64,000 nt of DNA, taken from positions 248,001 through 312,000 of the forward strand of contig JBEWZL010000302.1 in NCBI GenBank assembly GCA_045837725.1, read 5' to 3'. The translations under genes were made by a program, and so were the position numbers. Positions within the stretch are counted from its first letter, which is position 1. The number at the start of each line of letters is the position of its first letter. Of the stretch, positions 23,235-37,200 are shown piece after piece. Under the pieces are notes generated by a model. That model had not been told where the DNA came from and did not search any database. It was given only the letters and a program-made list of their open reading frames with translations. The stretch is from Vermamoeba vermiformis. Taxonomy: Eukaryota.

Positions 23235-25582
23235 TCAATTCAATTTCGCTTTTTTTGCCTGATTTTCCCGCTCCACTTCTTCCTCGACAAGTTTCTCCTT
23301 CTCCCGCAACCGTTTAGCAAGAGGACGAGGAATATAGGATTGTCTATAATTAATTAGTACGACGTATAGCTAGCTTAGATCTGACGTACTTCAATTCAGC
23401 AGGTTGACGCAGATCATCCAGGGTTGGAGGAGGGTTATCAACATAAGTCAAAAACTCTTTCTCGCGGTCCTCTGAGCCCTTAGCAAGCTTAAAGAACCAT
23501 TCGCGACGTAGTTCTCGCTTTTCGTCGTTAGATCTAGCGAAAATTATGAGTTTAGGATCTACGGCTTGTGAACCATTAGTTTAACCTACAAATCACCACG
23601 TGCTTCGGGGCAGAGATAAAACAGTTGTTGAATGACGAGGGCTGATGCGACACTCAAGTTCAAAGATTCGGTAAAACCTGCCTCGGAACAATTAAAATTA
23701 CTGCAAATCTTTCGAGAATAGCGCCAGCGAGCTTATAATGATTGCATACCGAACATAGGCAAATATATACGCTTATCTGCAGCTGCTAACATCTCTTTAC
23801 TGCAGCCATCTGCCTCTCGACCTGGATCACAATAATTAATTAACCGTATCGGTGCACACAATTCGATTCAATAGATCTGTATTAAGTAATCGAACTCACC
23901 AATAATAATAGCGACCTTTTCTGGTAAAGTCAAGCCGCTCTGAGTCAAGGGCACTGATTCTGGAGACAAATCCGTTGCCCAAATCTCGCGTCCTTCAGCG
24001 CGTAATGCCTGAATAATATGCGATCAGCTCTATTCAATGCACCATCAAGAATTTTCTTAAAATCAAATACACGCCACTCGCCGCGTGTACGAGGAGGATT
24101 AATTCAACAGGCAATGTTCAAGGAACAAAGCTTCTCCATTATAATTGACTTATTATTTGATTGCAACATTATTTGTAGTTGTTTTGTCGATGCAGAGGAT
24201 CTAGAGCTTACCTCAATGCACTCATTGGTAGTTCTGAATTTCTTAATTGTCAGCCATGTATCGTTGCCCTAAAGTCGCATTAGTGGTGCATAACACTTCT
24301 ATTAGCAATTACTACGCAAATGAAGTGCGCAAAGCACGATTTTGTAGCGTTAAAGTCACGAATATCGAGTCAAAAGTAATTCATGAACGACTCAATGCTT
24401 ACTCGTGTGATTTTGCGGCTAGCAAGCGGTCCTTTAGTCTCGACTGGTACCTACATTGCGTCATACGTCTTAGTAAGGCATCAAACGAACAAGCTGATTT
24501 TCATTTTTACTTACGACGATCCAAATGTTTTGGATGCCCATGCACTCCGCTGTTCTGTAAGCAGGTTGTCAGAATACTATATATGGTATTTTTAGGCAAA
24601 AGGATTAGACACTGCCCATTTGTTGATGAATGACGCAGTGGAGTTGAACGTGGATCTAACCCAGAGAAATGTCGTTTGCAATAATAGTTTGCCGATTGTA
24701 ATGGCAATGTTCCGATCTAGCTACTAACGTATATTATACACATACCTCAATACAGCCTGTTGATTACGATCGTCATAAACACGTTCCATGACGAGCACGA
24801 TCCGGTTAGTTCTCTTCGATAAAACTGACGACCAAACATTAGAATACGCCTAATTGAATACGATCTATGGCACGTACCTGTTTCAGCGATTCTTAAACGA
24901 CGAGGAGCCTCCTAAATGAGTTGAATAAGGTTTGATTAGTCTTTAATTTGGATCCCCGTAACAAACTTACTGTGTGGATAGTAGGCTTGGAGGAATCAAT
25001 CTGTTTCTGCAACAATTCGAATTCGTAGTTAGACAGCTCGGCAATTTGACGTTTTTGACGCTCAGAGAACTTTTCTTCGCATCTTTTAGCCTCGGCAAAT
25101 AATCGATCGTACGCGTCTTTGAATCCAGGCTTGTCGGCCAAATTTTCAACATAATATGTCACTAAATATGTGAATTATTAATTATGTACTATCGCGTTGG
25201 CCTTAGAATAAATTCTTGACAGATCAAACGCATATTTTCAACGGTCAAAAAATTTAAATCGTTAATAAATCAAAAAATAATTAATAAAGTACAAATACGT
25301 ACTTGCAGCGGTAGAAATAGCCTCGAATAATATATTCCAGATTTTTTTGTTCATTTGGTTGAGATCAAATAACGGGATCGCGTTGTTAATGCCGTCTATA
25401 TAACTCTCGCCCTTGGATACTTTAGCTCTAAATGATCTCACTTTTGCAGTGGTCATTTGCATCTTCATATCTTCGCTCATTTCTTTCTCAGGCGAGGTTC
25501 CGATCTGTTTCTCAGTAACGGGTGTGTCTTCTTCCATACGATCAACAGCACCTCCGTGTTGGTTAATATTGTTGTTGGACAT
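23235..25582 (-). CDS. SpoU/TrmH-family (SPOUT) RNA 2'-O-methyltransferase, many small exons
   Basis: Minus-strand exons give IVLVMERVYDDRNQQAVL, EGREIWATDLS, KVAIIIG-READGCSKEMLAAADKRIYLPMFGFTESLNLSVASALVI (SPOUT motifs). Start position is tentative. Confidence 0.85.
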
Positions 25583-25735
25583 TATTGTAGTGGTTGTGTA
25601 TTGTCCTGTTCTCGATTTAAAACTAGTAACCGATCCAAAAATTAGTAATTTTACTTTTGTCGGATCACGAACACGGCACGACCGCAAAATCGATAGACCG
25701 CTTAACATAGTAACATAGCATATTAATTATATCAA

Positions 25736-26367
25736 ATGACCACTCCAGTACCTACAGCAGCTAAAGTACGTTCACAACCTGCGGAAAAGTCAATGTGTCT
25801 CAGTCTCCATCAATTTATTTAATTATAACTTCATAGGAAAAAGAAGTCATTGTATCAGATGTGCCTGCAGAATTAACAGAGAAAATTAAACTCGAGTTGC
25901 ATAATATTGGATCAAGCTGTTTAATGGATTTCGGTCAAGCTGCACGATTTGTCGTCAGAAATTCTCAAACGCAAGACGTATGTTAATTTAATAATATGGC
26001 GCATGATAATCTAGACCTGATAATTTTTACGAGCAATCGCGATTTTTTGCGTCTCGAATTTTCTTTAGCACTTTTCAAGGATATCGATTAACTCCTCTGT
26101 AATGCAGACTGTATTAAAAGCTGCTAGAAATTTTTCGACAACAGAAGAGGCAATCAACACCTCACAACAGGTAACATAAACATCGCAAAGTTGGATCCAC
26201 CCCTTTGAATCAAATTCTAATTGCTGCAGGTCCTTCTTCAAATATCGAAACGAATGCAAGACGTGTTAGCACAGTAAGTGACGCTCATAATATTAATAAT
26301 AAGTCGATCAACACTGTACTAACCTTAAATTATCTTCACTAGATCCGATCGCATCTCACATTCGTAA
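25736..26367 (+). CDS. Small coiled-coil protein resembling BORC subunit 7 (BORCS7/diaskedin)
   Basis: Spliced: MTTPVPTAAK-EKEVIVSDVPAELTEKIKLELHNIGSSCLMDFGQAARFVVRNSQTQD-TVLKAARNFSTTEEAINTSQQ-VLLQISKRMQDVLAQSDRISHS. The AARNF...EEAI segment recalls BORCS7. Not present in the supplied ORF track. Confidence 0.55.
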
Positions 26368-26744
26368 GCTTTGATTATTACCAATACGGAAACCTAATCG
26401 ATTGACCAACATATCATTATATAGCTTTGGTGGCCTAGCACTGACATTAGAATCAATGAAGAATACCAATTCATTAGTAAAGCAGCCACAGAGTCAACAA
26501 TAAGCCCGTGTACCATAGTTCGATAAACCATTTCAACAACCATAAAACAGCTCTTGAGCCTACTCACGGAATCTTTGACATGTAAAGCCAAACCAACTAT
26601 TCACTTTGCAGTCTAATGACACGGCGTAGCAACTTTCAAAGCTGGTTGCACGCTACTACACAAGAAAATATGAAAAACGACGCTTGTTTATAATACAAAA
26701 TAACAAGGATCAAACAAAGGAATTAACCTCGATTTGGCCCACGT

Positions 26745-28431
26745 TTAAGATAAAGGAGCCGGAGCTGGTGCAACTTCAGCGGACTCCTTCAACTTCTTGG
26801 TGGGCACTGTGTTAGGGTCTGTGTTCTCGTTAGGGTCAGGTGTGATCTCATCGCTCTTGCGCTTTAATCCTCGGTTAGCCTCACCTTCCTTGTTCTCAGC
26901 AGTAACAGCCTCGGGAGTGACTTTGCGCGCGTTAGGATTCTTGCGCTTGACAACACCGAGGTTGTTGACGGGTGCGGAGGGGTTAGTTGGGGCCGCAAAG
27001 CCAGTGGTGGATCTGTGCGTAAGGTTAATACCACTTAAGGTACTTTTATTAAATAAAGATAGTAAAAATACATACGAGAGAGGGACGGGCACGAGATCGG
27101 GCAAGGGTGGCAAGTCAGGCAAAGCTTCGTCTTCGTTGATACCTTCATCATCGATCTGTATAACAGGTGTCAGTTGAAGGTTCAAGCAGACTCATCAACT
27201 TTTACCTTCTCGTTCAACTCCTCGATCAATTGCTCGAGCTCCTTCACCTCCTCGTTAGAAGAGCTGCTCTCAGTATTATTGTTGGCATTGCTGGTAGTGC
27301 TCTCAGCAGGCTTGTTCTTCAACTCGTTGACTTTGACTTGCAAAATATCACGGGCCTTAGTGTAGTGCTCGCGAGCCTTTTCACGACCATCTTGAGTCAA
27401 GCTGTAGGCAAGGGCGACTTGGAAGTGGCTATACAAGAATAGGGTTAGCCATGCTTGCTAGAAATTTAAAGTTGTCCACTTACGCCTCAGCAATACGACG
27501 GTCATTGGCGTCCTCCAAATGCTTTTGGCGGAGTTCAAGGGCTCGTTGGTAGTCTGCAATAGCAGCCTCCAATTGACTGCCCTCCAAAGCAATGTCACCG
27601 AGACAGATGATTGCGTCAGAAGCGGCGATCCATCGTTCAGCCTTCTCGCTCAACACACGAGCGTTCTCGAGGCACTCCCAGGCAATCTCGAGCAATTGCT
27701 CAGGGTCTTCTTGAGGAGCTGTAAGAGCAAGAGTTAGTACCAGACAAGAGTCGGTGATGAGTACTATACTGTACCTTCATCTTCATCGTCATCACCTTCT
27801 TCGTCATCACCCTCTTCATCGTCCTCTTCACCTTCGTCGTCGCCTTCTTCATTATTATTGTTGGCCTCTTCCTTCTTTTCTTCAGTAGGGTTCTCTTCGC
27901 CCTCTTTCTTTTCGCCTTCTTCAGCGGCTTCCTCATCGCCTGACTCTTCGTCGTCGACATCTTCGCCGTCATCTGCTTCAGCGAGCATTTTTTCGGCCTT
28001 CTCTTCGACAGTCTGCTTGATCATACCACCGAATGGGTCGGCTTGGTTCTTGACTAACTCGAGCAAAGCCTCGCCATATAATCGGTAGTGGTCAGCCAAA
28101 GAGACATTTTCTTTGCCAAAATGCTTTGTTCTGTAAATCCAAGAATATTAATATTAAATAAACTTCAAGGTCAGTATATTTTACGTTAAATTGGTTCAAA
28201 TTTTGACAAAGTAACGGATAGATTTTTTTGTGTCTATTTTGATCGGGGTGATCGAAACAATCAATACCTGATCTCCAATGAAGACGAGAACAAATCAACG
28301 GCCTTAGATGTCTTGCCCTGCTTGAACAGCTCACGAGCTTGTTGGAAATCTCTTTCCGCACCCATGAGTTCCGCATCTTCAGCGGTCTCGAGTTTAACCT
28401 CGGAGGGATCAGCAAAAACGAATCCAGACAT
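26745..28431 (-). CDS. NASP: NASP/Sim3/Hif1-family histone chaperone (SHNi-TPR)
   Basis: TPR interrupted by an acidic tract (YRLYGEALLELVKNQADPFG...EEGDDE...EQLLEIAWECLENARV), ICLGDIALEG...DYQRALELRQ, basic C-terminal NLS-like LGVVKRK. Confidence 0.88.
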
Positions 28432-28641
28432 TATAGTAGTGAGGTGTGGTCGTGTTGTTTAAAAAAAGTAGTTATGACCCAAAAACTGTTCGTGACCGTT
28501 ATCCCAGAAAAAAAAAAACAACCAGATAGCAGTTCAAAAAAGGGCGCGAAAGCGAAATTACCGTTTGACCAAGAACCGAGAATTCTGAGCTGAAGGAACA
28601 AAAGATTTTACTTTGTGTCCTCAATTATTATAACAATACTC

Positions 28642-29944
28642 TTATTGGTCGCCTTCGTTGAAAAAAGACTTCATCAACGAGCCCAACAATCCACCCATGC
28701 CTGCGTTGTTGCCCGGCAGAGGAACTCCAAAGAATGCATTGGCAATTTGGTCCAAGTACTAAATTAGCTGTTAATACGTGCATCATAAGGATTGGCCTCA
28801 CTACATACCTGCGCAAAAGTGGGATCTCGTTGTAGCGACTTTTGGTACGTGTTACGCAACAGATCAAAGAGCGGCAAAGCGTCACGCTCTAAAGTTAACA
28901 ATAAGAAGCGGGTATAGTTGAAGAGGGGTGTATCGAGGGTCGGATAACGGTTCTTGAATAGCGAGTAAATGATGTTCGCGTCTTTCAGGTTTTGAAGGCA
29001 CAAGTACATCAGCACTGCGCGAGTGATAAGCAAGTCTTTCTCAGAAGGATAGACCTCGTCTCCCCATTGGCACAACATGGCTGCGAAGCCTTCTGGATCG
29101 TTGCTGCGTAGGTAGTGTCGTTGAGCCACTTCGTAATCTTTCATCTACAGTCGTGAGCTTAATACCAACCAGTCCAGTATGAATAATGACACTTACTGCT
29201 TGGAAGTGATGAGCGAAGCATGCGCGTAAAGTAGGGTCCCCTTGATTGTTATTCTCGGGCTTGGAGCTCCATCTGTAAATGTTTGTGAGTGACCGAGCGA
29301 CGCGACTTGATGAACAGTATACTCAGCAAGCCTTACTTTATAGCGGCATTAATGAACGACTTCTTCTTTGGATGGTCTTCGAGTTTGTAGTTTGAAAATA
29401 TCTTTACAAGTGTATCTAATGTAGCCGATCAGCAAACGTCAAAAAGAGGCATCCGAAAATTGACTTCGCACTTACCAATAGCCTCATTGCTGGGCGTATT
29501 CGCCTTTGTATATACATCAATTAAAAGCAATGCGAGCTCTGTTCCTGCATTGGTTTCGCCGTGTTTTAGTAGCAATGTTGCTCCAGATTCAAGTAGGCCC
29601 TTGACGTCATCATATTTTTTCTGCGCAACATATCTAAGAAAAATTAAATTAATAACCGAGCAATATCTTTGGATTTTTGCATGCATTTCTATCAGCGCTT
29701 TTCGTCAAATAAAAAAATTGTAGACTGTCAAATTAATTGTTTTCAATTTGCAAGGAATTAGAACTAGCAGCGAAGTACTTGTTAATTAAAATTATCATAG
29801 TTATTTTGGTGCTTAAGCGAGTTATTACCTGTAATACAGAGTTTTGTACATCTGCTCGGCGTGGTAGTAGTCTCCAGCATTAATGCTGTCCTCGAGCTTC
29901 TGAATAACGGATTTAATTCCCTCACCACGCTTTCTTGTAGCCAT
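28642..29944 (-). CDS. GET4: Golgi-to-ER traffic protein 4 (GET4/TRC35)
   Basis: GDYYHAEQMYKTLY, GATLLLKHGETNAGTELALLLI, PSEKDLLITRAVLMYLCLQNLKDAN, PLFNYTRFLLLTLER...YQKSLQRDP. Confidence 0.93.
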
Positions 29945-30238
29945 CTTTGTTGTGTTGTATTCAATCTCTTGTGACGAAATTTATGTCGATCCACTCCGAT
30001 CCAACAAAACTAGTTTTAGGTTTACGAGGCATGCCTCAACAATACCGCACAAGCTTGTGCACAAATAACGCAATGTGTCTAAAATGAGGCTTTTATTTAC
30101 ATCGAAGCCACAATAAATAAGATCTAGTTTACCGTAATAAAGGAATTTAATTGTTCATAAATAAGTTATAAAAGGTTTCGAAGTGACAATAAGGCTGTTA
30201 CACCATATTGTCAGCTAAAGACAGGGTTGTTGAAGGAC

Positions 30239-31487
30239 TTAGGGCTCATCTCTCAAACGCTCACCACGTCTCTTGGAGCGAGTGATGGCGACGAACAAGC
30301 AGCAAGCGCAGACCAAGCCGAAGATTTCAGCGACGACAATGGCGAGCGAGGCACCTTGCAAGACCTTGGCCTTGGTCTTAAGGTCCTCAACGATAGTGTT
30401 CTTGCAAGTCTTAGTCCAGCTGGGATCAGCGCAGTCGGGAGTATCGTCGTGAGAAACGAAACCGCAGCACTCATAGTAGCGCTCAATAGTTCTTCGTTGG
30501 TCAGCAGTAGAGTAGTTGTACCAGCCTATAGAAGCGCGGTGTTAATACGAGAAATCTCAATGCGTTATACAATAGTGAATTTACGCACCATATTCAACCA
30601 AGCCTTCAATCTTCTCGGAGTAAACAACGGAGGCAATGGCGATAGCTGAATACATATTAGTAACGAGTACAGAGTTGTAATAGTAATAATTTGCATAATT
30701 TCCGAATTTTGATACGTTGGGGATCGTTTTATCGAATTTGCGCGATCCGAAAAAGTGGAATTACGCCATGCTAATTGACTTCGTAATATTACTTACAGAA
30801 TTGGATAATGGCAATAACGAGGAGAACACCAAAGTACTGTCAAAATCCGCGGTTAAGGAAAATTAATTACATTTCGGCTTTGTATTCCAGCCCGAATTTA
30901 AAAAATAAGGGAAAATAAATTAATTAAATTAAGAAGGATACAATGCCCAAAAGAGGTCTGTTTTCCTTGCGAGCACCGCAGCATCCGAAGAATGAAAGAC
31001 CCATAATGAAACTGCGGGAAATACATTAGTTCCGCGGCATTTGAGTGTTCATAGCAAGTTTTGAGCAAAAGCGTATGTAAAGAGTGCTTTGGAAAAGAAA
31101 TTGCTTTTCGTTTTTGCATCAAATCTGCCGTAGCGCATAGAATAACGGACTTACATTCCCAAAATGATAATACCAATACCGAGAGTAGCACCGCTGTTGC
31201 TAATAATATCCGTTACACTGCCAGAGGCGACACTGTAACCTCCCAAGCCAATGAGGAGAACACCAAGACCCTAGGTAGATTCGCGCGGTAAATAAATTTG
31301 CTCGTTGTAAAATTGATTCTGCCGTATAAAAAAAGATTTTCTCGCATTATAAGCCAGGTATTAATTTAATGCGGATATTGTAATATTTTTGAGTGATGTA
31401 GGGTGATGTTTTACTTACGAAGAAGACGATGTTGGTGATGAAGATGATGTATTTAATACATTTCATGCCAATACTTAGCGACGTCAT
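30239..31487 (-). CDS. Tetraspanin
   Basis: Spliced: MTSLSIGMKCIKYIIFITNIVFF (TM1), further TM exons, GFIILSFLGMCG-type TM2 region, large loop ERYYECCGF...DCAD...KTCK, TM4 AEIFGLVCACCLF. The true frame is missing from the ORF track. Confidence 0.88.
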
Positions 31488-31688
31488 TTTGCCTAGTTGT
31501 GTTTATATTCTATTGTTTCTGTGTGGTGGTCTTACTGAAACAGTTGTTTTGTTGAATGGTTTGGTTGGCCGTTTTCGCTTTTGTTCAAGTAATTTTCCGT
31601 ATTTTCTATGTTTTTTGGCGAATGTGTTTTGCTCGTCAAATCAAAGCACACGTGCGGTCAAATCTCCTTGCAAATTCTTTATTGTGTC

Positions 31689-32427
31689 ATGCTCAGAACC
31701 ACACTCTTATTCGCTAATAGAACCCGAAGTAATACGCGTAAAGCTATGGAACAACACGGCATTTTCGCTGACGTGATCGACAAATTCACCCCTACTATTG
31801 CGCTTGACGTAAGTATTCCTCAAATATGGATGTTTTAGTAATATAGATTTTAGGTCAAATACGCCTCGAAAAAAGTACATGAAGGAAACGAGTTGAAGCC
31901 TTCAGGTTCGATCGAAATGGAAAACTTTGCAATTTAATAACATAAATTACCAGAGGTACAACACGAACCTAGTGTATCTTATGACGCTGACGACAAGCAC
32001 CTCTACACTCTCGCTATGGTGGACCCTGACGCTCCGTCGCGTACCCAGCCTCAATTTCGTGAATGGTAAGTTCGGATCATGAAATATATCGTGACACGTC
32101 TTAAATACGTACAATAGGCGTCACTGGTTGATTTCTAACATTCCCGGCAACAAGTTATCTTCTGGCACTGTGCTCTCTTCGTACATGGGCAGTGCACCTC
32201 CGAAGGGCACGGGCCTTCACCGCTACATTTTCTTGCTCTTCCAACAACAAGGCAAGCTCAATGCTACTCCTTTGAATGAGTAAGTACACTGTCGTTAGCA
32301 CTATTAGTCTAATTCTGGCAGTGAGGGCAAGCATCGAGCTAGCTTTCACATCAAAGCTTGGGCCAAGGATCATCACTTGACACCAGTTGGTTGTGAGTTC
32401 TTCCAAGCCCAAAACGAGTCTCATTAA
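31689..32427 (+). CDS. Phosphatidylethanolamine-binding protein (PEBP/RKIP)
   Basis: [13 protein letters not shown]...[12 protein letters not shown]...[22 protein letters not shown]. Start may be ATG 31689 or 31746. Confidence 0.93.
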
Positions 32428-32520
32428 TGAAGATACGTTTTATCCTTGAATCCACTTGCCTCGAGCGAGTGCTATCAAATAAAAGGATTTATTTACAATA
32501 CTTACATGCTCGTGACATAT

Positions 32521-34051
32521 TTAGACATCAACTTCCGTAGCACAGTAGAGATCTGAGTTCACTGATAATGATTCGTAAATGTGCTGGCTTTGCAGTGTGT
32601 ACTTGAGTGTCTTGTTCTCATCGCAGAGTAGCTCGCATTGATGGACCAAAGTCACGAGCTCGATTGGCACTGTGGCAAGTGGATTGCGGACCAAATGTAA
32701 CTCTCGTAGTTTTCTGAGGAGGGCGAGTTCAGAGGGCACTGCTTTGAGTCTGTTCTCGGATAGCACTAGCAGCTCCAAGTTAACCAATTGGCTGACACGC
32801 GGGGAGAAGTGCGTGATGCGGTTGTGCTTCAAGTTGAGTATCACGAGGCTAGTTAGTGCATATATTCCTGCAGGGACGTCTTCTAAGCCACTATCGATAA
32901 GGAACAACTCGCGTAGACTGTGCATATGAGAAATTTCATCGGGGATGGTGCACGGAGCCATGTTGTTGCTGATCGACAATCTGATGAGGCTTTGAAGTTT
33001 GGATATGCTAGGGGGTATGTACGTAATAGAATTGAAGTTGCAGTGGATAAAAGTCAAGTGCGGTAGATTGCACAACTCCTCAGGGAACACAGTCATTCCA
33101 TTGGCAGTCATGTTGATGGACAGCAAGCTAGTGAGCTGTGATACCGTTGGTGGCAACTCTTGTATCCTGTTGCGCGTAAATCTGAGCACTGTGAGATTGT
33201 ACAAGGCCCCAATAGAGTGCGGTAGCTCCGTCAGCTGATTACACGAGAGTTCGAGGTGGATCAGCGAGGTGAGCTGGTCTATTTCTTCTGGTAACTCGCG
33301 GAGTTGATTTGAATACATAGACAGTTTGCTCAGGTGAGGCAGTTCGCAGAGTTGCATCGGAAATGAATCAAACTGGTTAGCAGCGAGTGACAGTTTAGCG
33401 AGGTTCTCTAGGTCTCCAAAGTCCTTAGGCAGCTTGCGCAGTGAGTTTGAGTACAGGTTGAGCGAGCGGAGCTGGTAAAGGTTGACGACGCCAAACTTGC
33501 TTTGAATACGACTGAGCTGATTCTTTGCCAAGTCGAGTTTTGTAAGCTTCTCCAAGTTTTCAATGTCACCAGGAATGAACGTCAAGTTAGTTTCTGAAAG
33601 GATCAAGCACTGTAGGTTGGTGAGCTTGAACAGATCGTGTGACAGGTGGGACAAACTGTTGCCGGCGAGATCCAGTGTAGTTAGGTGCTGCAAGAGGCCA
33701 ATAGAAGTCGGGAGAGTCCTTATACCAACATCTTTAAACGTTAGACTCGGCTCTTGCGACGCCAACGATGACCGGATCAGAACATCTCCTGGCAAATACT
33801 CCTGTAATCATAATTAATTATCAAAAAATAATAAATTGCCATATAATATTAATACAAATATATTAGTGAATATAGCGGTGTAGAAAAGAGCAACTGAATT
33901 ATGTATTGAATTCAGCCGCCCCTCATACAACGCATGGGTTGATGGTGCAGCTTAATACTCTTCATTTTACCTGTTCTGGATCGTGCTCCCCAAAGGCCCA
34001 ATTTATGTCAGTCTCCGCTTGTGTTGATACCCCTTCATAGTGTAGTTCCAT
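32521..34051 (-). CDS. Leucine-rich repeat protein (SHOC2/Scribble-type LRRs only)
   Basis: About 15 repeats of LxxLxLxxNxLxxLPxxI. Short first exon from ATG 34051 splices in phase 0 to the large exon. Confidence 0.88.
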
Positions 34052-34282
34052 CGGTTTTCTAAAGAAAGATATTCTGTCGAGCGCATCTGTTGGAAACGCG
34101 TACTGTATTACGCTGCTTGAGTGGACTGCGCTTTTATGGTATTATGCGGTGTGCATCATTGTAAATAATTACGCTGTGGGCTGATTTTTGCTGAAAAATG
34201 CAAACCCGAAAGTCCGGACTTTTTGGCTCACGGCGTTTCGTCATTCAGTTGTTTTTTTTTTCAACGTGGAAACAAGTTAGAT

Positions 34283-37200
34283 ATGGCTGATAAGGGAGCT
34301 GCTTTCAAACACCGCATTATTATTGTTGGTAAGTCGGAATCACAGATTTGATCGGCCGAACGACCACGAGAATTGAAAGATTTGCCGATAATTTATGTGC
34401 TATAATGTATCATCGATTGGATGCCAGCCCATTATTGTTAATTATTATGCTTGTGCAAATTCGGATCTCGATCCTGCCATTTTCTTAATTTTTTTGTGGC
34501 TGCAGTCGTGTAAAATCAGTGCAATTAATTTTCCTAATAATTTTATTGGGATACAACGATATAGCACTTTGGCATTACCATAATCGTCGATAGAAAATAT
34601 TAATTAATTTTCGAATCCGCGATCGCAGGTCCCCCTGGCGCTGGTAAGGGAACACAAGCGAGAAGACTCTGCGAGAACTACAATTTGGAGCTCGTTTCCA
34701 CTGGTGACGTTTTGCGAACCGAGATTGGTAAGCTCCGATCTAGATCGAAAACATTGGCGGTTGCAATCAAAGCCACGATTACTGACTGATTATTCATATT
34801 GCTAGCTTCGGGATCTGTTTTGGGACGTTACATTCAAAACAACTGGAACAGAAATGCTTTGCGCAAGACTATTTTGGAGTTGTTGAAGGATCGTCTTTTG
34901 AACCTCAAGGACGTTAAGGGCTTCGTGTTGGATGGTGGTGCTAAGACTCTCGATGATGCCGAGCGCGTATGTAATGCATTTTTATTTGTTGCGAGCATCA
35001 TAGCTTAAATCTATCCGTACCACAGCTCGATGAAGTGTTCGCCTCGATCGGTGTCAGCGTCGATTACGTGTTTGACTTTGGCAACATGACCGAGCAAGAC
35101 ATGAAGGAAAGACTCAGCGGCCGATTGGTTCACTCTGGCTCTGGTCGCATTTATCACAAGAAATTCAATCCTCCCAAGGAAGAGGGCAAGGACGATGTAC
35201 GTGGAGCTGTTGATATCTGCATTCAAGACGAATTATTAATCATGTTTATTAAGGTCACTAAAGAGAACCTTGAAGTGCGTCACGACGACAAAGAAGAGGC
35301 CTTTGATATTCGCATTGCTGCTTACAACAGCCAAGCTGAAGGCATTCGCGAGCACTACAAGAAGAGCGGTGTCTTGTACAACATTGATGCCACGAAGAGC
35401 ATGGATGAGGTCTACGCTCAAATTAAGGACATTATCGAGAACCCTGAGAACATTCAACGCGCTGTTCAACGCCGTGAAGCTCTCGCTGCTGCCCCTCCTG
35501 CTGCTGCCAAAGGTACGTGATTTAAATATCAATCGAGTCACAGACTAACACGTCATTAGCGCCTGTTGCCGAGTTTGATGACCCCAACTTGAACTTGATT
35601 GCCAAGCCTGTCAGCACTACTTTTGAATGTGTTTTGAGGTACGTGAATTCTCATGGGAGGCTAGATATTTATATTAACGATTATTACAGGCAAATTGTTG
35701 TCGACTTGTCACAATCGAAGGTTCAACACAGCAAATTCCCTGGCACTCAAATCGTGTCCCTCTACAAGGATAACATTTCTTACATGGCTAAATTCCAATA
35801 CAGTACGTACTAGTTTAACCAAATTATCCATCTAATTGCTTTTGCAGTGGTTGCCCCCAAGCTCGATGGTATTCGATATTTCTTGCTCACTTACAACGGT
35901 GGTGTTTTCTTGGTTGATCGACGAATGAACGTCGTTCAATTGAGCTTGTTTGAAAAGTTGCCCGCTCAATTCAACAACTACTTGTTGGACGGTGAATTGA
36001 TCAATGGTGTCAACGAGAAGAAGGCTTCTTTGTTGAGATTTGTTGTCTTCGACGCCTTGTCCATCAACGGCAAGCCTGTAGTTACCGTTGAGAGCTTGAG
36101 CGAGAGACTTCACAGCGCTCATAAGTTGGTTGAATTTTTGAACAGACAACTCGCTGATGTAAGTTTGAACTTAGATACCTTTACGGATTGCTAACGTGTT
36201 GTAGAAACCCGCCCAAAAAGAGAAGTCCACTAGCAACCAACCCAAGAATATCTTCGATGTCTTGAACGCTGAAGAAGAAGAGGAAGAAAAGGTCGTTGAA
36301 AAGAAGCCTGTTGCCCCTGCTGCCCCTAAAGTCGCTTTTACTTTCACTTTCCAAAACTTCCAACCCATCACCAAGACAAAGGAGGTGCTCGAAAGCGAGG
36401 CTGACATGCCGTACAAGACTGACGGTGTTGTTTTCATGCCTGGCCACATGTTTTATAAATTGGGCTACAACCGCTACGCGATGAAATGGAAGCCCGATGA
36501 GCAAAACACAATCGACTTTGTGCTCGAGAAGGAGACTCTGGAAGATGGCAGCCCCGAATATCAGTTGAAGGTGCTCGGCAATGACGGAAAGAATGTAAAA
36601 TACGACGTCTTGCACCTGTTGCCTGTCGCTTTGAAGGAAGGCCAAGAACCCACCGAATTCGACAATTTGACTCCCGAGAAGTTGGTTGAACTCAACGGCA
36701 AGATTGTCGAATGCCGATGGGACCCTGAAATGGACTTGCCTGAAGGTGCTCAAAAAGCTGAAGAGAAGCCTGTTGAGGCCGTTACTCCTCGCGAAGAAGG
36801 CGAAGAGAAGCCCGAAGGTGAAGAGAAAGAGAAGCGTGCACACCGCGGAGGCTGGCGCATTGTCAAGACACGAACTGACAAAGAAACACCCAATGCTCAA
36901 TGGGTTGTCGAGGCTATGATCAACTGCGTCAAGGCACCCATCAGCAAGGAAGAGCTGTTGACCTTCATCACCGAGAAGGCCTCGACTTACAAGTCTCCTC
37001 ATCACCGCGCCAAGGGTCGCATCAACACCTCTCAAGAGTTGCGTGCTCCTGGTTCTGCCACCAAGGCCGATGATGACCGCAACTGGCGTCAACGCAGTGG
37101 TGAAACTGAAGGCGCTGAAGGCACTGCTGAGCCTCCTTCAACACCCTCGAAGTTGGCTCCTGGTGCTACTCCCGCCAGCTCTAACCCCACTACTCCTGCC

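Noticed and set aside
26610-26660. Hairpin after an ATGA that might be a SECIS element
   Set aside because: Spacing to the AAA loop is wrong, there is no matching GA quartet, and I found no in-frame TGA in the adjacent gene.
27764-27990. GAA/GAT-rich repeat-like tract
   Set aside because: Encodes the normal acidic insertion of NASP-family TPR2.
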